Assembly (NCBI GenBank): GCA_036172245.1
Contig: JAYWIR010000004.1
Coordinates: 2,356,001 to 2,420,000, forward strand
Direction of reading: 5' to 3'
Length of the DNA: 64,000 bases
DNA from: Raillietiella orientalis
Lineage: Eukaryota
The notes under the pieces were generated by a model. It was given only the letters and a program-made list of their open reading frames with translations, made no database searches and was not told where the DNA came from. The translations under genes were made by a program, and so were the position numbers. Shown here piece after piece: positions 25,204 to 37,870 of the stretch. Each line of letters starts with the position of its first letter. Position 1 is the stretch's first letter.

Positions 25204-26100
25204 ATATTTTTTTGTAATTAATGATCATTCCTTTAAAAATTGTACTTTAATAAGTCAGTTTAACTTTGAGGAAATATGAAATAAAATATAAGGGCATATT
25301 GTAAGGAGGCTTAAGTGAATCTGCTAATTAGCTATATTAAGCTGTAATAGATAAGATAGTAATATTAACGATCCAAAATTCTATTCAATGTAAATAGAAA
25401 TTTTCGAGTAATTTTGATTAATCTGATCCAGGTCTTTATCACTAGGCAGTTATGTAGATTAACTGGTTAGATTTTGCACTCGTCATTCTTTGAAAATAGG
25501 AGTTTCTTTAAGGAATGCGTTTTCTTTTCCAGTTAGTGAGATTTCCAATTTGTTTTTGATTAGCAATGAATTCTTTCCTTAACTTTATCACTTTATATAT
25601 GAAATATATATTTTTTGATTTCCGAATCAAGTGATTTTTTGTCTTTTTATCAGTTGTAATTAGGACTGCAATAGTTTCATGAATTTGTTTGATATATGTA
25701 AAATTATTTTTAAAATGAATATGTATTTAAATTTCGATATTTAACATCCAAAATTTGAGAAAAAACAAAGATGAACATATGAAGTTCATATGCTTTAACA
25801 ATCGCTATTCAAACGGTTTGAAAGCCCTGTTATAATTTTAAATTGATTTTCCTGTTGTTAAAAAGTGCTTATTGAATACCTTAAGCGCATTAAGGAGCAG
25901 ACGTGTAATTCGTTGATTGTATTCGAACTAGAAAGAAATGATAAGTGCTTTTTAGGCATTTCTTTAATAAGAAAATAAGAAAATCATCTTCTTGTTGCTT
26001 TATGCTTTGACTTATGTGGGTACTTCTGATCATCGATTTAATAGCAATAACGTGAGTTCGCGGATGAAAATTTCTTTTGTATTATGAGAAAAATGACATT

Positions 26101-29100
26101 ATGACATCAAACTGTAGTGATTTAGATCGACAAATAGAACAACTTCGTAGGTGCGAAATCATTAAAGAATCTGAGGTGAAGAGCTTATGTGCCAAGGCTA
26201 GAGAAATTTTGGTTGAAGAAAGCAATGTACAACACGTCGATTCACCAGTCACTGTAAGTGTTTTGGTTATTTTTCTGGTCTCCTTTGTTTTGTTTTGTAA
26301 TTTAGAATGCTTTCAAATCATCCTATGGTTCTTAGATGCATTTTTTGTATAACTATCAGAGCAGAAATATTGCATTCTTGTTAGCAGCCCCACTTTGATG
26401 CTTTTTATTCTTGAGCATGCAATAGTTTTTATGCTCAGTAATCTCAATGAACTTTTTGGATCACACTTTAATGCAATCCGATTGTGTTTCATATGCATTC
26501 GGTAATGAGCAATCGTTTTGGAAAAAATTATTTCTTGTTTGTTTACGTTCCATGTGAAATATTCTCCATCGTTATTTTTGTTTTTTTAAGAATAACTAAA
26601 TAAATTGAGAGACAATTCAGACCAAGAAAGATGTGAAATGCATGTCTTGTTAAATTCGTGAACCATGTCTTACCCTAATATTCTGATGTATAAAGTTCCG
26701 AATCCTCCCATATAACTAAATGTAAAACTTAATTTAAATTAACTAATAAGACAGCTAAACAAAATGAGTATCTTTTTTGATGAAATTTTTCTTTTCAATT
26801 CCGTTTGCAGACCATGCTTTAGATTTTGTATTCCATAAGTTGCAAGTTCCAGAGCATAATGCTTGCAATCTTGCAATTTTAGTCTTTGTCTTGGAACTTA
26901 TCATTGCTGTACTATGAATGAAATGCTAATGCTGTAGATCATTTACAAAGGCAAAATGTGTCTTCTTTATTAAATATTTGGATATTTTTGCTTATTAATA
27001 TGCTTTAATAAAAAATTCTTTGATCACATGAATCTAGAAAGGTTAGCATTATAACTTGTTATTAACATTATTGTTATAAGTTGGAAAACTTCAAAGTTTG
27101 TCACATATAAGTAACACTGTTGAAGAATTTCAAAGTCTTATCCCAAACTTATTTAGTATCATTCTTTTTAGTATGAGAAATTTTTGTATTTTAATGTCTT
27201 TTTTGAATCAGAGAGTGTCTTTTTTGTCACTACATTAAGGAAGGTCTTGTAGCATGTAGTGTTACAGCTAATGAATTGTAGGGAAAACTTGTTATTTCCA
27301 GACCTCAAATCAGCGTAATATTAATAAATCATTTCAAAATGCTAAAAGCTGTGATCATATTTCAAGCTTTGATGTATGGAATTCTTTCAACACAATCACT
27401 CCCTTGCTTTTTATATGTTGCTTTATAAACATTTGATAATTATTTTTTGATTGATCTGCAGATCCTACATATTTTGAGAGTTTATATTTGTGGAAATACA
27501 TTCAAAATACTCTCTAATAAGATGTTGTATTTTATCGAAATTAAATGATAAGGAATTATCGAAAATTCCTTTTCATTTTATTGCATGTAAGATTTAACCA
27601 TCAATTTTATAAATCTGGATTTGATGTTCGAAATTCTTTGAGTCATTTTCCATAGTTTTTTTTATCTTTTCTATCTACAGAATATAGAGGAATTTGTCTT
27701 TTAAAATTATACATAAATTAATGCAGAATTTACAATGTGGCTGAAATTCATTGATCTTTGTCTAAACTCTGTTACATCATCATAATATTAGCAGGTATGT
27801 TTTTGTAATGTACAACTTAAGCTTTTTATCGCACAAATTGGCCATTGAATATTTATGACCCACTACTGAAATATACCAAAAAAACAGTCAGTTCTTTCCC
27901 CTAGCTTAGCTTGGACCCTTGAATTACATTATTTCAGCATTAATTGAGATCTTTTCCAGTAAAATTAAAAATTGTTTTCATTTGCCTCTGTTTAGACTAG
28001 AAGCATTGAAATTTAGGAGAAAATGAAATAATTGTGCAGATTTTTCGTATCTGTATTCTCTGTAGTATTGCTGATTTGTACAACATGGAGGTTTTCTATT
28101 TTGCCATCAGCATTTAAAGCATGTTGATATCCGAATTTTTTGTCTGATTCATAATAAAATAATAGTCCTAGTGATTAAAGATTCACTCGAGATTGAGGAT
28201 TACTGTGGTAGATTATTGTTCAGCTGTTGCTGTGTATGAATTCTTAGTCACATAGTGTTGAGCACATTGTCCTTTCAAAAATCAACCATATTACCCATCT
28301 TGATGCAAAAGATGCTTTACGAAATAAATGCCATAATAGCTGTTTGTTATATACAAAATTATTGTGTGCTCACTTGGTAAGTGTAAAACTACTTTTGTGT
28401 TTCATGTAAGTACACTTTGTACATTTAGTGGTATGATTTCTTTACAATTTTTATGGAACCTCTCCAGTGTCTTGAGAAATGTGTAATGTTCAAATACTTT
28501 ATTTATTTTTAATCTTCAATTAATGTTTTATTAAACTGAATTTCTCACTATGAAAAATCCCATCATTAAATCATTTGTGACTCCCTCTTGGCATCAACAG
28601 CTCCTTAAAAATTCTTTTCCAACAGTCTGTTCAGTACATTTATTTTATTAGCATGTTTTTTTAAAAAAAAAAATCACCGTTTTTTGGTTTCTTGGGTGGT
28701 GATTGCAGGTACAGCGTTTATCTCTTATAATGTCTTGGGTTGACCAAAAACATGGGATCAGGTCTCATCAACCACCTCAAGATGAACATTATGAGGTGTT
28801 ATTGTCACTTCATTGCTGCTAATTTTATTTTCCTCATCCATTTTTACAACACCTGTTTGATCTTAATATTGGTAACTATTGGATAACTTCAATAATCGGT
28901 TTTGTTGATTCAGAAGTGAATGAAGCAACAGTGACAAATCCTGGTGGACTCTTAAATGCAGAAAAATTTTCAGCTTTTTGCCATATCAAAGTGCAAACAC
29001 ATCACTCATCCACCTTACCATTTACCTGCTTACCTAATATTTGTGAGAACCTGTTCTCAGTATATGTTTTGTTTCTAATTAGTTTTTCGGCATTTTGATT

Positions 29101-32100
29101 CTGCTTCTCTTCTGTGTGTCCAAGTAAATTGTATGATTGGCTCAAGAATGCAGTTTACAGCACAAGAGTGTTTCAGCTATTTGAGTATCCTTTGCAGTCT
29201 TCAGCTAGTTTTCCTGGTTTCCATATCTTAGGTTTCTGTTTTCTATGGTTGGACCCAATTTGTGTTTGACTATGATCTTGAAATCCTATCGAAACAATTA
29301 TTGGATCTTTCCTATGTTCTCAACTAATTTATATTGCCAGATTAAGTAATTTTTAAAAAAGTTTGTTGGTTCTTCATTTCCTTTTCACCTAATTTGCAAA
29401 ATACAATTTCATGTAATTGATTTTGGTTGTTTAGATTACAGTTGATGTGTTCAGAAAGAGCAGGGAGATTGGAACTAATTCGCCATCAAAATCACAGAGA
29501 CAGAATCACAACCCTGATGCAGAACTTCCATTTTCTAAACAGTTTGAAGTTAAAATGTTGAATTAAATTAAGATTCAAAAACTGCAACAAAAGGTTTACT
29601 ACCATTTTCAACATGTTTATGATTTGATGATTCAGTGATATTTACCAAAAGTCTAAGATCGATATGGATTGAAAATCAAAGACTTAAAAACAGACTGGTA
29701 AAAATGTTTAAACATCGAATACATAAGTCTCTATTAGAAAAATTGTGCCAATTAGAAATCCAATTAAGGGTCTACAATCTGTGCATATATCATAAGCAGC
29801 TATGTTTTAAGCGAACTAGCATAAAAAAGCAAGACTTCAAAATTGAAAGTGAGATGCGCACATGACTCATATTTTCTCAAGAGGGATCTTCATTTGTCCA
29901 CTTGATTTCTGTGATCCAGTGACGATTCTTGCCTCAATTCTTTTGCTCAAGTAGAGTTTTTTTTTCTTTCCACTCACAGAATATGTGTTTCAATCGAAAG
30001 CATATGTTAAGCTTGTTTTATATTAAGATTTGTTTTTTGAGGATAGAATTCTTTGTTATAAATGCATAAAAACTCCACCATTACTAAGCTTAGATGTTAG
30101 GTTTTCATGTTGTCGTTTTTCTGTTTGTTATTCCCTTTCAGGAGATTCCTAAACTTCCCATTTCATGCCAAGTTTTTCGTTTTGCACAAAAATAGTTTGT
30201 TGCATGCATTAGATAACATTATGATATGCTTCTCCTTTCATCCTCTCCCAAAGATGATGGCTTAATTTGCCATCCAGTTCTTGCTTGCCTTTGCTTTCAA
30301 TAATGTGAATGCTTTTATTAACATTTTTGGTTTTTACTCTGATTATGATACAATAAAAGGTTTGTAAATAGCTTTTTACACATGACAGTTTTTTGTACTC
30401 AGATGCTAAGTAGTATATGCAATAATACCCAGTGGTCGCTTTCCATAAAACCTTCGGACGTTTTCACTCAAAGAATTCATGAGATTCATGTATCAATAGT
30501 GAGCGAGAAAAGAAGGAAAAAAAACAGGCACAGTATGATTTGTGAATATGCAGATATAAATGGGAGTGTGGTTTCTTTTCAATCATCTTAGAAGACCTAA
30601 CCATAATCTGATTTCTAAGTGGTTTTTCTTCTGAGCAAATTCTGTACTTATTTTGTTTATTTGTTGCCATCATATAGAGTATTGTATTAATATTACCCAC
30701 TGCTGCTCGTTTTGGTTTTATGGCATTTTACATGTCTTAATGCAATGCTCCTCATGGTATTTCAACTTTTAATTGAAATTGTTTTCAGTCATAATAGTTG
30801 ATTGCTGTTTTAGTTTTGAAGATAATGAAGATAATTGTGTTGGTTAGCATCTTTCTCATTGTTCATCGTATCGTTCAGTTTTTTGATTTAATTCCAAATT
30901 CAAAATATTTTGATCATAAAAGTAATAAAAGAGGAAAGTTGACTTTGTTTCTTTCTGTAATGCCTGGTTGTGGTACCAAACTTCTTATTGAATATTTCTG
31001 ACACAAAAGACCCAGTTTTTTGACCATGTGTGTTTGAAAATCTAAGTCCTTTACCTAAGTAAGTAAATATACCATTTTTGAAAATATAAAATTGAATTAC
31101 AGATAAGTGAATTACAGGTAATCATTATAATGATGTTGATGCTAATGTAATACTTGTTTTTTGTTCGTGAGGTACTCTGACACTGTGACAGGAGATAGCT
31201 ATGCTAATAGAGATTTGTAAATATTCTAGATCACTTGGATCAGTGATAATGCTGGTATCTTAGACCTGTAGCAAACAAAGCAGGAAGTTCTGTAGGTCTA
31301 TAAATGGTTACGGTAATATTTAAGAAATAATTTTGATAATTTCTTTTGGAGGAAGTGTCTCTTTACATGCAGAAGCTTCAAGATCTGATTTCCATGTAGA
31401 TTTTAGATTTTCGAGATCCGTTTATCAATTTTTGTCCTTTCTGTTTGTTTCACCTTAAAATGAAGTTATTTAAAATTTTGCCTTTACTATTGTTCGCTTA
31501 TTTTTTATTAGCATTTGTTCCTGTGTTTGTACCAGTTTATGTTATACTTGTATATCCATTTATCCAGATAAAGGTATATCCTTCACTTAATGATGAAAAA
31601 GTCTAATGTTTACTTTTCTTTTTCTATTTTCCCCAATTTTCGCCACAAAATTGAAGCAGTTTCTATTCTATTCATGGTATGATCGAAGTATGTTAATGGT
31701 TAATCCTTTTGTAAAAATCTGTATGCCTTGCACTTCTTGCTGTTTTTGGAGTAAATATTTATTAAATCATAGTCGTAGATAGTGGGGGATGGATTCTCAT
31801 ATATTATGTGGAACCCAAACATTTATATGTAAGTCCCTAAATTTAAAGAGCCTGCATTTCAGTAAAGGAATGAATAAGTGTGAACTAACAAGTAAAGTTT
31901 TATCTCCGAAATTGCACAATGATTTCTTAATGAATGAATTAACGAAGTTTTAATAAGTAAATAAATTGTTAATTTGAGTGATGTAGTCTTGTCCATTGAG
32001 CATGTAAAATTTTGTTTTAGTAGTAGAAAGTATTTTAAACTGTTTTTAAAGATGTCATGAATATCCTGAATCTTTTTCAGGTATGTGGAGATATCCACGG

Positions 32101-34816
32101 ACAATTTTATGATCTTCGGGAGTTATTCAAAGTCGGCGGTGATGTTCCTGATAGAAATTACCTTTTCTTAGGAGACTTTGTTGACCGAGGATTTTTTAGT
32201 GTTGAAACATTTTTGCTGCTTTTAGCTCTCAAGGTATCTGAAAAACTAAAAAAGTTGCATTTAATTTTTTACGAAATGTATTAATATTTTTTGATATTTG
32301 CTGTTTAACCATGTGGATAATCATTTTTAGTGGTGAATGACATATTTATTATTGCAAAAATTTACGCCTGTAGTATTTTTATGTGTAATATGTTTTGATG
32401 CATGTTTTCAATTCCAACTAGGTTCTGAAAGTCATACAAGAAAATAAACAAGCATATAAAAACCAATATTTTCTCAGTGTACAGGATAATATTCACATGT
32501 TTTAGTTTTGCATACTTTCACATTAAACTTTTATTTGCCAGTTTTGCACTTAGAATCGTACATATCAACAGATGCTCTCCTATAGTTATTTGTTTAGGTT
32601 GTAGTTGTTTAGAATTTTTTATAAATAAGCAACGTTTTTGTACATAACAAGCATTTCGTTTAGCACATTTAGAGGTAGTTTTAATTTTCTAATAGAAAAA
32701 ACAAAGGATTTTTTAAATTCTCAGAAAATATTGTGATAGGTTGTGCCACATATTGTGTTATTCCTTCATTGAATGCTTATAGCAAACCCTTAATGTGACA
32801 CTGGACTGTGGAATTCTTGTTTCAAAATAAATTCTGTTAAATTCATGGTGAATTCATATTCTAAAGACATATAATAGTAGATAAAAATACATTCATAAAA
32901 GTTAATGATTTGATCATCATCATTACTCTATTTTATCCCATAGAGAACTTGTGGCCATTATTTTAACATGTAATAATTCATCTTTCTATCACCGTTTATA
33001 TTAAGACGTGTAGCATGTTTTTTTTTTAACTTTTTAATTTTAGTGAAGCTGTCTTTTGATGATTTTCTTTTTTGTTTACTTAGTATTACAACCGCAACCA
33101 CTATGTTTGCTTTGTTAAAAGCTTTAAGATAGGTGCGTTTAACAAGGAAATAGAAATAAGTGGGTCAATGAAAACACGATTTTGAAAGCTCATTTTGATT
33201 GTGACTTGTTGCATAGTTTCATGTTCAGTGCACACTGATGATGTATGCTTGTAATTTTGAAAATCTGAATCCCATCTATGATAGTTGGAAATTCAAATTG
33301 GAGAAAATCTTGATTTGTTTAACAGTGGAATCTTCTCCCTCCCTCAGCTTTTTATATAAATAACCTATTGGCTAAACCATTGGTGATTTCATGATGAATC
33401 AAACAACCATTTGCAGATAAATTCATAATGTGCATTCTGACTAGAGCTAGCTTCCTGAATTGAACTGATTTGTTAGTTTGAATCTTGGAATGTATTTACT
33501 ATGAATCCCTTACCAGTTATGCTGTGTGCACATATAATGTTTCTGTAAAATTCAAGAAACGTTTAAGAAACTTCCATTTCAGCCATATGTAATTAGTTAA
33601 TTTATAGCATTCCATCCGACCACATGCTACATCACTTGCATGAATGTATTCTTGACTGAAAGTAGCATTCAGCATCATTCAATTTTCCTTAACAGTTGAT
33701 GAAGTCCATTTATCTAGCATTTGGCTCCAATTTTAGCAAGCTACATACATAACTGATTACTGTTATTGCTTTAAATAATAGTATCATGTAGATCAGACTG
33801 CAGTAAGTCTTAAAAGAAATCTAATAACTCCATATTCGAGTGATTTAGGTCTAAAATAGATAACACTTGTATTGCAACATTCTCAATTTATCATACAGTG
33901 CAGTAGAGAGAGGAAACGGAAAGAGCTATTTAAAATAATCTGCTTAAATTTTGAATGCTCTAAAGGAATAGAAGGTATTCACTCTACAAAGCATTATCAA
34001 ACAGAATCCAAGTAGAAACTGCACAAAAAAATTATGCTTAATAGGACTTTAAAAATGTAATTGTTATCAATTTTTATTCACATCAAGGTGTTGTTCTTAT
34101 GCAGGTACGATATCCTGATCGCATCACTTTGATTAGAGGTAATCATGAATCTCGACAAATAACACAAGTGTATGGGTTCTATAATGAATGCTTAAGAAAA
34201 TATGGAAGCAGCACTGTCTGGAGATATTGCATGGAAATTTTTGATTATTTGAGTTTATCAGCCATCATTGATGACAAGGTGAGTTTAAAGTAAAGCAATA
34301 TGATAGATGATGATTGTAGATATTTTGTGTTCATGGAGGACTTTCACCTTCTATTCACACTCTGGATCAGATACGTACAATAGATAGAAAGCAAGAAGTC
34401 CCTCATGATGGTCCAATGTGTGATCTGTTGTGGTCAGATCCTGAAGGTATTTATCTAAGTAGTACTCCATTTGAGGTGTACATGTAATATAAACAGATAC
34501 GCAAGGTTGGGGAGTAAGCCCACGTGGAGCAGGATACTTGTTTGGTTCTGATGTAGTTGCCCAGTTCAATGCAGCAAATGACATTAACATGATCTGTAGA
34601 GCACATCAGTTGGTGATGGAAGGATTCAAATGGCATTTTAATGAGACAGTTTTAACTGTATGGTCAGCACCCAATTACTGTTACCGTTGTGGCAATGTGG
34701 CTGCAATTTTGGAGCTTGATGAAAATCTTCAAAGAAACTTTACTATATTTGAAGCTGCTCCCCCTGAAATTCGAGGCCTCCCTATGAAAAAGCCACAACC
34801 AGATTATTTTTTATGA
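26101..34816 (+). CDS. PPP4C: Serine/threonine protein phosphatase 4 catalytic subunit (~308 aa, 5 exons)
   Basis: Exons 26101-26253, 32081-32233, 34105-34278, 34320-34446 and 34497-34816 with GT-AG introns; in frame (927 nt). PP4-typical [61 protein letters not shown] and C-terminal DYFL. Confidence 0.97.
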
Positions 34817-34902
34817 TACTCAGGATGTTCAAGTTTTTATTTACAGAAAATAGATTATTTATTACGAAACTGCTGTATATTAACGACGTTTAGCACTACT
34901 AA

Positions 34903-34964
34903 TATGCCTGGCAAGACAGTGGTAGCCTTGAGCAACCATTTTTTAACCACTGCTTGTCAGCATA
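34903..34964 (+). other. Intergenic RNA hairpin (19 bp, two 1-nt bulges) between PPP4C and SIRT4
   Basis: TATG-C-CTGGCAAG-A-CAGTGGT (34903-34923) pairs with ACCACTG-CTTGTCAG-CATA (34946-34964), with one G-U pair. Confidence 0.6.
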
Positions 34965-34992
34965 ATTTGCTTGTTGCAAATTGTATTTACAG

Positions 34993-36962
34993 ATGAAGAA
35001 CCTTTCCAAACTCTGTTGCTATTCTACTCAACTCTTCTGTGTACCCCATTGTGAGCATCCTTCTTCTCATTCATTGCTTGAATTACAGACGTTTGTAGAG
35101 AATCATTCTAAACTCCTAGTGCTTACAGGAGCAGGAATATCAACAGAAAGTGGCATTCCAGACTATAGGTCTCCTAGAGTCGGTTTGTTTGAAACTTCCA
35201 AGCATACCCCAATGAAATATGCTGAATTTGTCAGGAATGCCCAGAAGAGAGCATTATACTGGGCACGTAGCTATATTGGATGGCCTTACTTTTCCTCACG
35301 TACTCCTAATAAAGCGCATTTATGTTTGAAGCATTGGGAGTCACAAGGTCGCCTTCTTGGGATCATTACACAGAATGTAGATAGGTTACACCAGAAAGCT
35401 GGTAACCATCAAGTACTAGAGCTGCATGGCACTGTCCATGAAGTGCATTGTCTACATTGTGGCTACCTATTTGATCGTCATGCATTTCAGCTGGAACTGA
35501 TGAAAGCCAATCCTCATGTGCTCCTGCCTAACATGGGTAATTTCCAACCTGATGGAGATGTTGGTGTACAGGTATTCCAATTATTTGAAGGAATGTCAAA
35601 AGAATAATATACAATCAAGATAACAAAAAGTCTTTTCTCAGACTGAAAGCATGTATCACAACTGTAAAATAATTACTCTTGCATTTAGTACTACAGTTGT
35701 GTTTTTTTGTATAAACAATAATACTTTCTTTACATCTGTTGTAAAAACATGCTAAAATCCTCAATGCATTTGAGCTTGATTAGTTCTGTCAATGATCAGT
35801 ATTACACAATGAACATTTCAGTGATCTCCCTTGCAATATTTTATGCTTTCAAAACGAACAGGTACTGTAGTTGTACATAAAAGTAGACCACTTTGTTTAC
35901 AGATATCGATACTTTGCTATTTCAGAAGCAAGAAAGTGCTTTTTAATGCTGAGATTTTTTTCATGCTCACATATACCATGTTTTAGAATGTTGAAAATAC
36001 AAAACAACCATTTTGGTTACTGCAGATTTTACACTTTTAACAAGCAACTTGCAATGGTGCTTATTGTAACACTACCAAAACACGAAAATTGCAGGTGTTA
36101 AAGCTTGAGATTAGTTTTTTATCATCTGTATCACAGTTTCGCATACTTCAAAGAAATGTACTTTGCCGAGCCGTTTGTGACCTTATAATAAATAGGACTG
36201 CACAAAGAAAATTGTAAAAAAGATCTTTAGGCAGAAATTTTCGGAAATGGATTGCATTGAATTAACCAATGAAACAATGCGTTTTTCCAATTTATAAGTT
36301 GCCGAAGATTAACATATGCACTTCTAGAAAGAAATGAGATCTAGGATTCATCAAGTACTTGAATAGTACCATTTATCCCTAATTTATTTCTCATTTTTAC
36401 ACAGTTATTAAATATAAGGCTTTAATTTGATATAGCTTACAATTTTTAAATTTTGCTTCCTTTGTTCCAATTTACGAAACGAAACATTCTCTGTGGAAAT
36501 ATGTGAACCTCAATGCATGATTTTACTATCCTGAGTCCTTAGTGTCACTGAAATAGTACACATAAATGTGTTTGATTGCCATTTATAAACAAATATGTGA
36601 AGACAAATGGGAGAACTCGATGTAAAAATATAATGTTCATTACTTTCCAGATAGAAAACTTCCATGTTCCACTTTGTGCCAAATGTGCTAATGATACACT
36701 TATCCCAAGTGTAGTATTTTTTGGAGATACTGTGCCTGCTGAACGTGTTGCCCACGCTTATGATTTAGTAAATAGAGCACAAGCTCTTCTAATTATTGGC
36801 TCATCACTATCTGTGTATTCAAGTTACCGGTTTGTGGATTATGCATACAAACAGGGGAAATCCATTGCCATTCTTAATGTGGGACAGACAAGAGCTGATG
36901 CCTTGTGTCATGTTCGTGTGCATGGACTGGCAACTAATGTTCTTTGTCAAATAATAGTGTAA
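34993..36962 (+). CDS. SIRT4: NAD-dependent sirtuin, class II / SIRT4 (~296 aa, 2 exons)
   Basis: Exons 34993-35571 and 36651-36962 (CAG|gt ... ttccag|ATA). Motifs LTGAGISTESGIPDYRS, YWAR, TQNVDRLHQKAG, ELHG, CLHC...CAKC zinc site, PDGDV, VVFFGD and GSSLSVYS.YRF. Confidence 0.93.
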
Positions 36963-37004
36963 CCTAGTACCTGCCAGATTCTTTAGAATCGCAGCAGGAC
37001 TAGG
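36963..37004 (+). other. RNA hairpin (16 bp) immediately after the SIRT4 stop codon
   Basis: Stems CCTAGT/ACTAGG, bulged A, CCTGC/GCAGG, small internal loop, GATTC/GAATC, and a TTTA loop. Confidence 0.65.
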
Positions 37005-37049
37005 AGCTTTTATTTTAAGTAATAATCAGTAAATTGTCTATTACAATAG

Positions 37050-37812
37050 ATGGCATCCTTGCAGAGCATTACATCCAACTGGGACCCTCAAATGACCATA
37101 AACTTTGAGCCAATTCTTAAAAGCCTGCAAGGAATGGATAAGCAGCAGATGACTGAGCTGCTTGAAAATCCCAAAAAATTAGAAGATCTGATTTTGAGTT
37201 CAGAACAGGTAACAGAGTAATGTCACATAGTGGTGCAATTTAAGTTAGATAAAAACTTGTCAAGCCAACAAAGATATTTTGTTAATGAGCAATAAGTCCT
37301 TGGCAGAACAGAATGTGTCTGAAGGAGAAACTTTAAATGAATTGCGCCAACAAGTAAGCTCCCTCTATGAGGAAGCCAAAAAACTACAAGCTGATATTGA
37401 TGATAAACGCCGAAATCTTAGTAATGTACCAAACAACCAAGTAGCATGTAGTATTTTTTTTCTTTCAGACCAGCTAGAAAGTGGCCATAGATTGGAGACT
37501 GTTTTAGCTTTGTTGCAAACTTCTGCTGTGCAGGCAGAGGATAAAAGCGAGGCAAGCATTAACTTTGGTAACTACAGTATGACTGAAATTCCTTAGGCAA
37601 TTGCACAGGAATTTCTAAATGGACAGAAAAGTGTGGAATCGTTCCTGAAAAATTTCCAAGATCTGAGAAAATTAGCACATCTCAAAAGAGTTAAAGCTGA
37701 CAAACTCTCAGAAATTTTACATAATACTCCCTCCACAACTACAGCAACTCCTTATCCATTATATCCTCCTTCCTTGTTGTCAACACCTTATCCTAATATG
37801 CATGCATCTTAA
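37050..37812 (+). CDS. VPS37: ESCRT-I subunit VPS37 (Mod(r) domain, Pro-rich tail; ~209 aa, 4 exons)
   Basis: Exons 37050-37208, 37249-37420, 37469-37551 and 37597-37812 (last intron GC-AG). Motifs N.SLAEQN and AEDKSE|AIAQEFLNG.KSVESFLKNF...RKLAHLKRVKADKL; C-terminal TPYPLYPP..TPYP; VPS37B/C-like. Confidence 0.88.
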
Positions 37813-37870
37813 TCACAATACAGATAAGCACCATTTCAAATGTTAAATTTATTTTCAGTTTTGTCAGGAT

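Noticed and set aside
29185..29193. U12-type donor GTATCCTTT in PPP4C intron 1
   Set aside because: Not at any exon boundary needed by the gene model.
33391..33440. C/D-box snoRNA-like ATGATGA...CTGA in PPP4C intron 2
   Set aside because: Only 50 nt, no clear terminal stem or recognisable rRNA guide; such motifs are expected by chance in AT-rich introns (a snoscan run would settle it).
36960..37052. SIRT4-VPS37 fusion by stop-codon readthrough (the 87-nt spacer keeps frame)
   Set aside because: Four additional in-frame stops (TAG, TAA, TAA, TAG) lie in the spacer.
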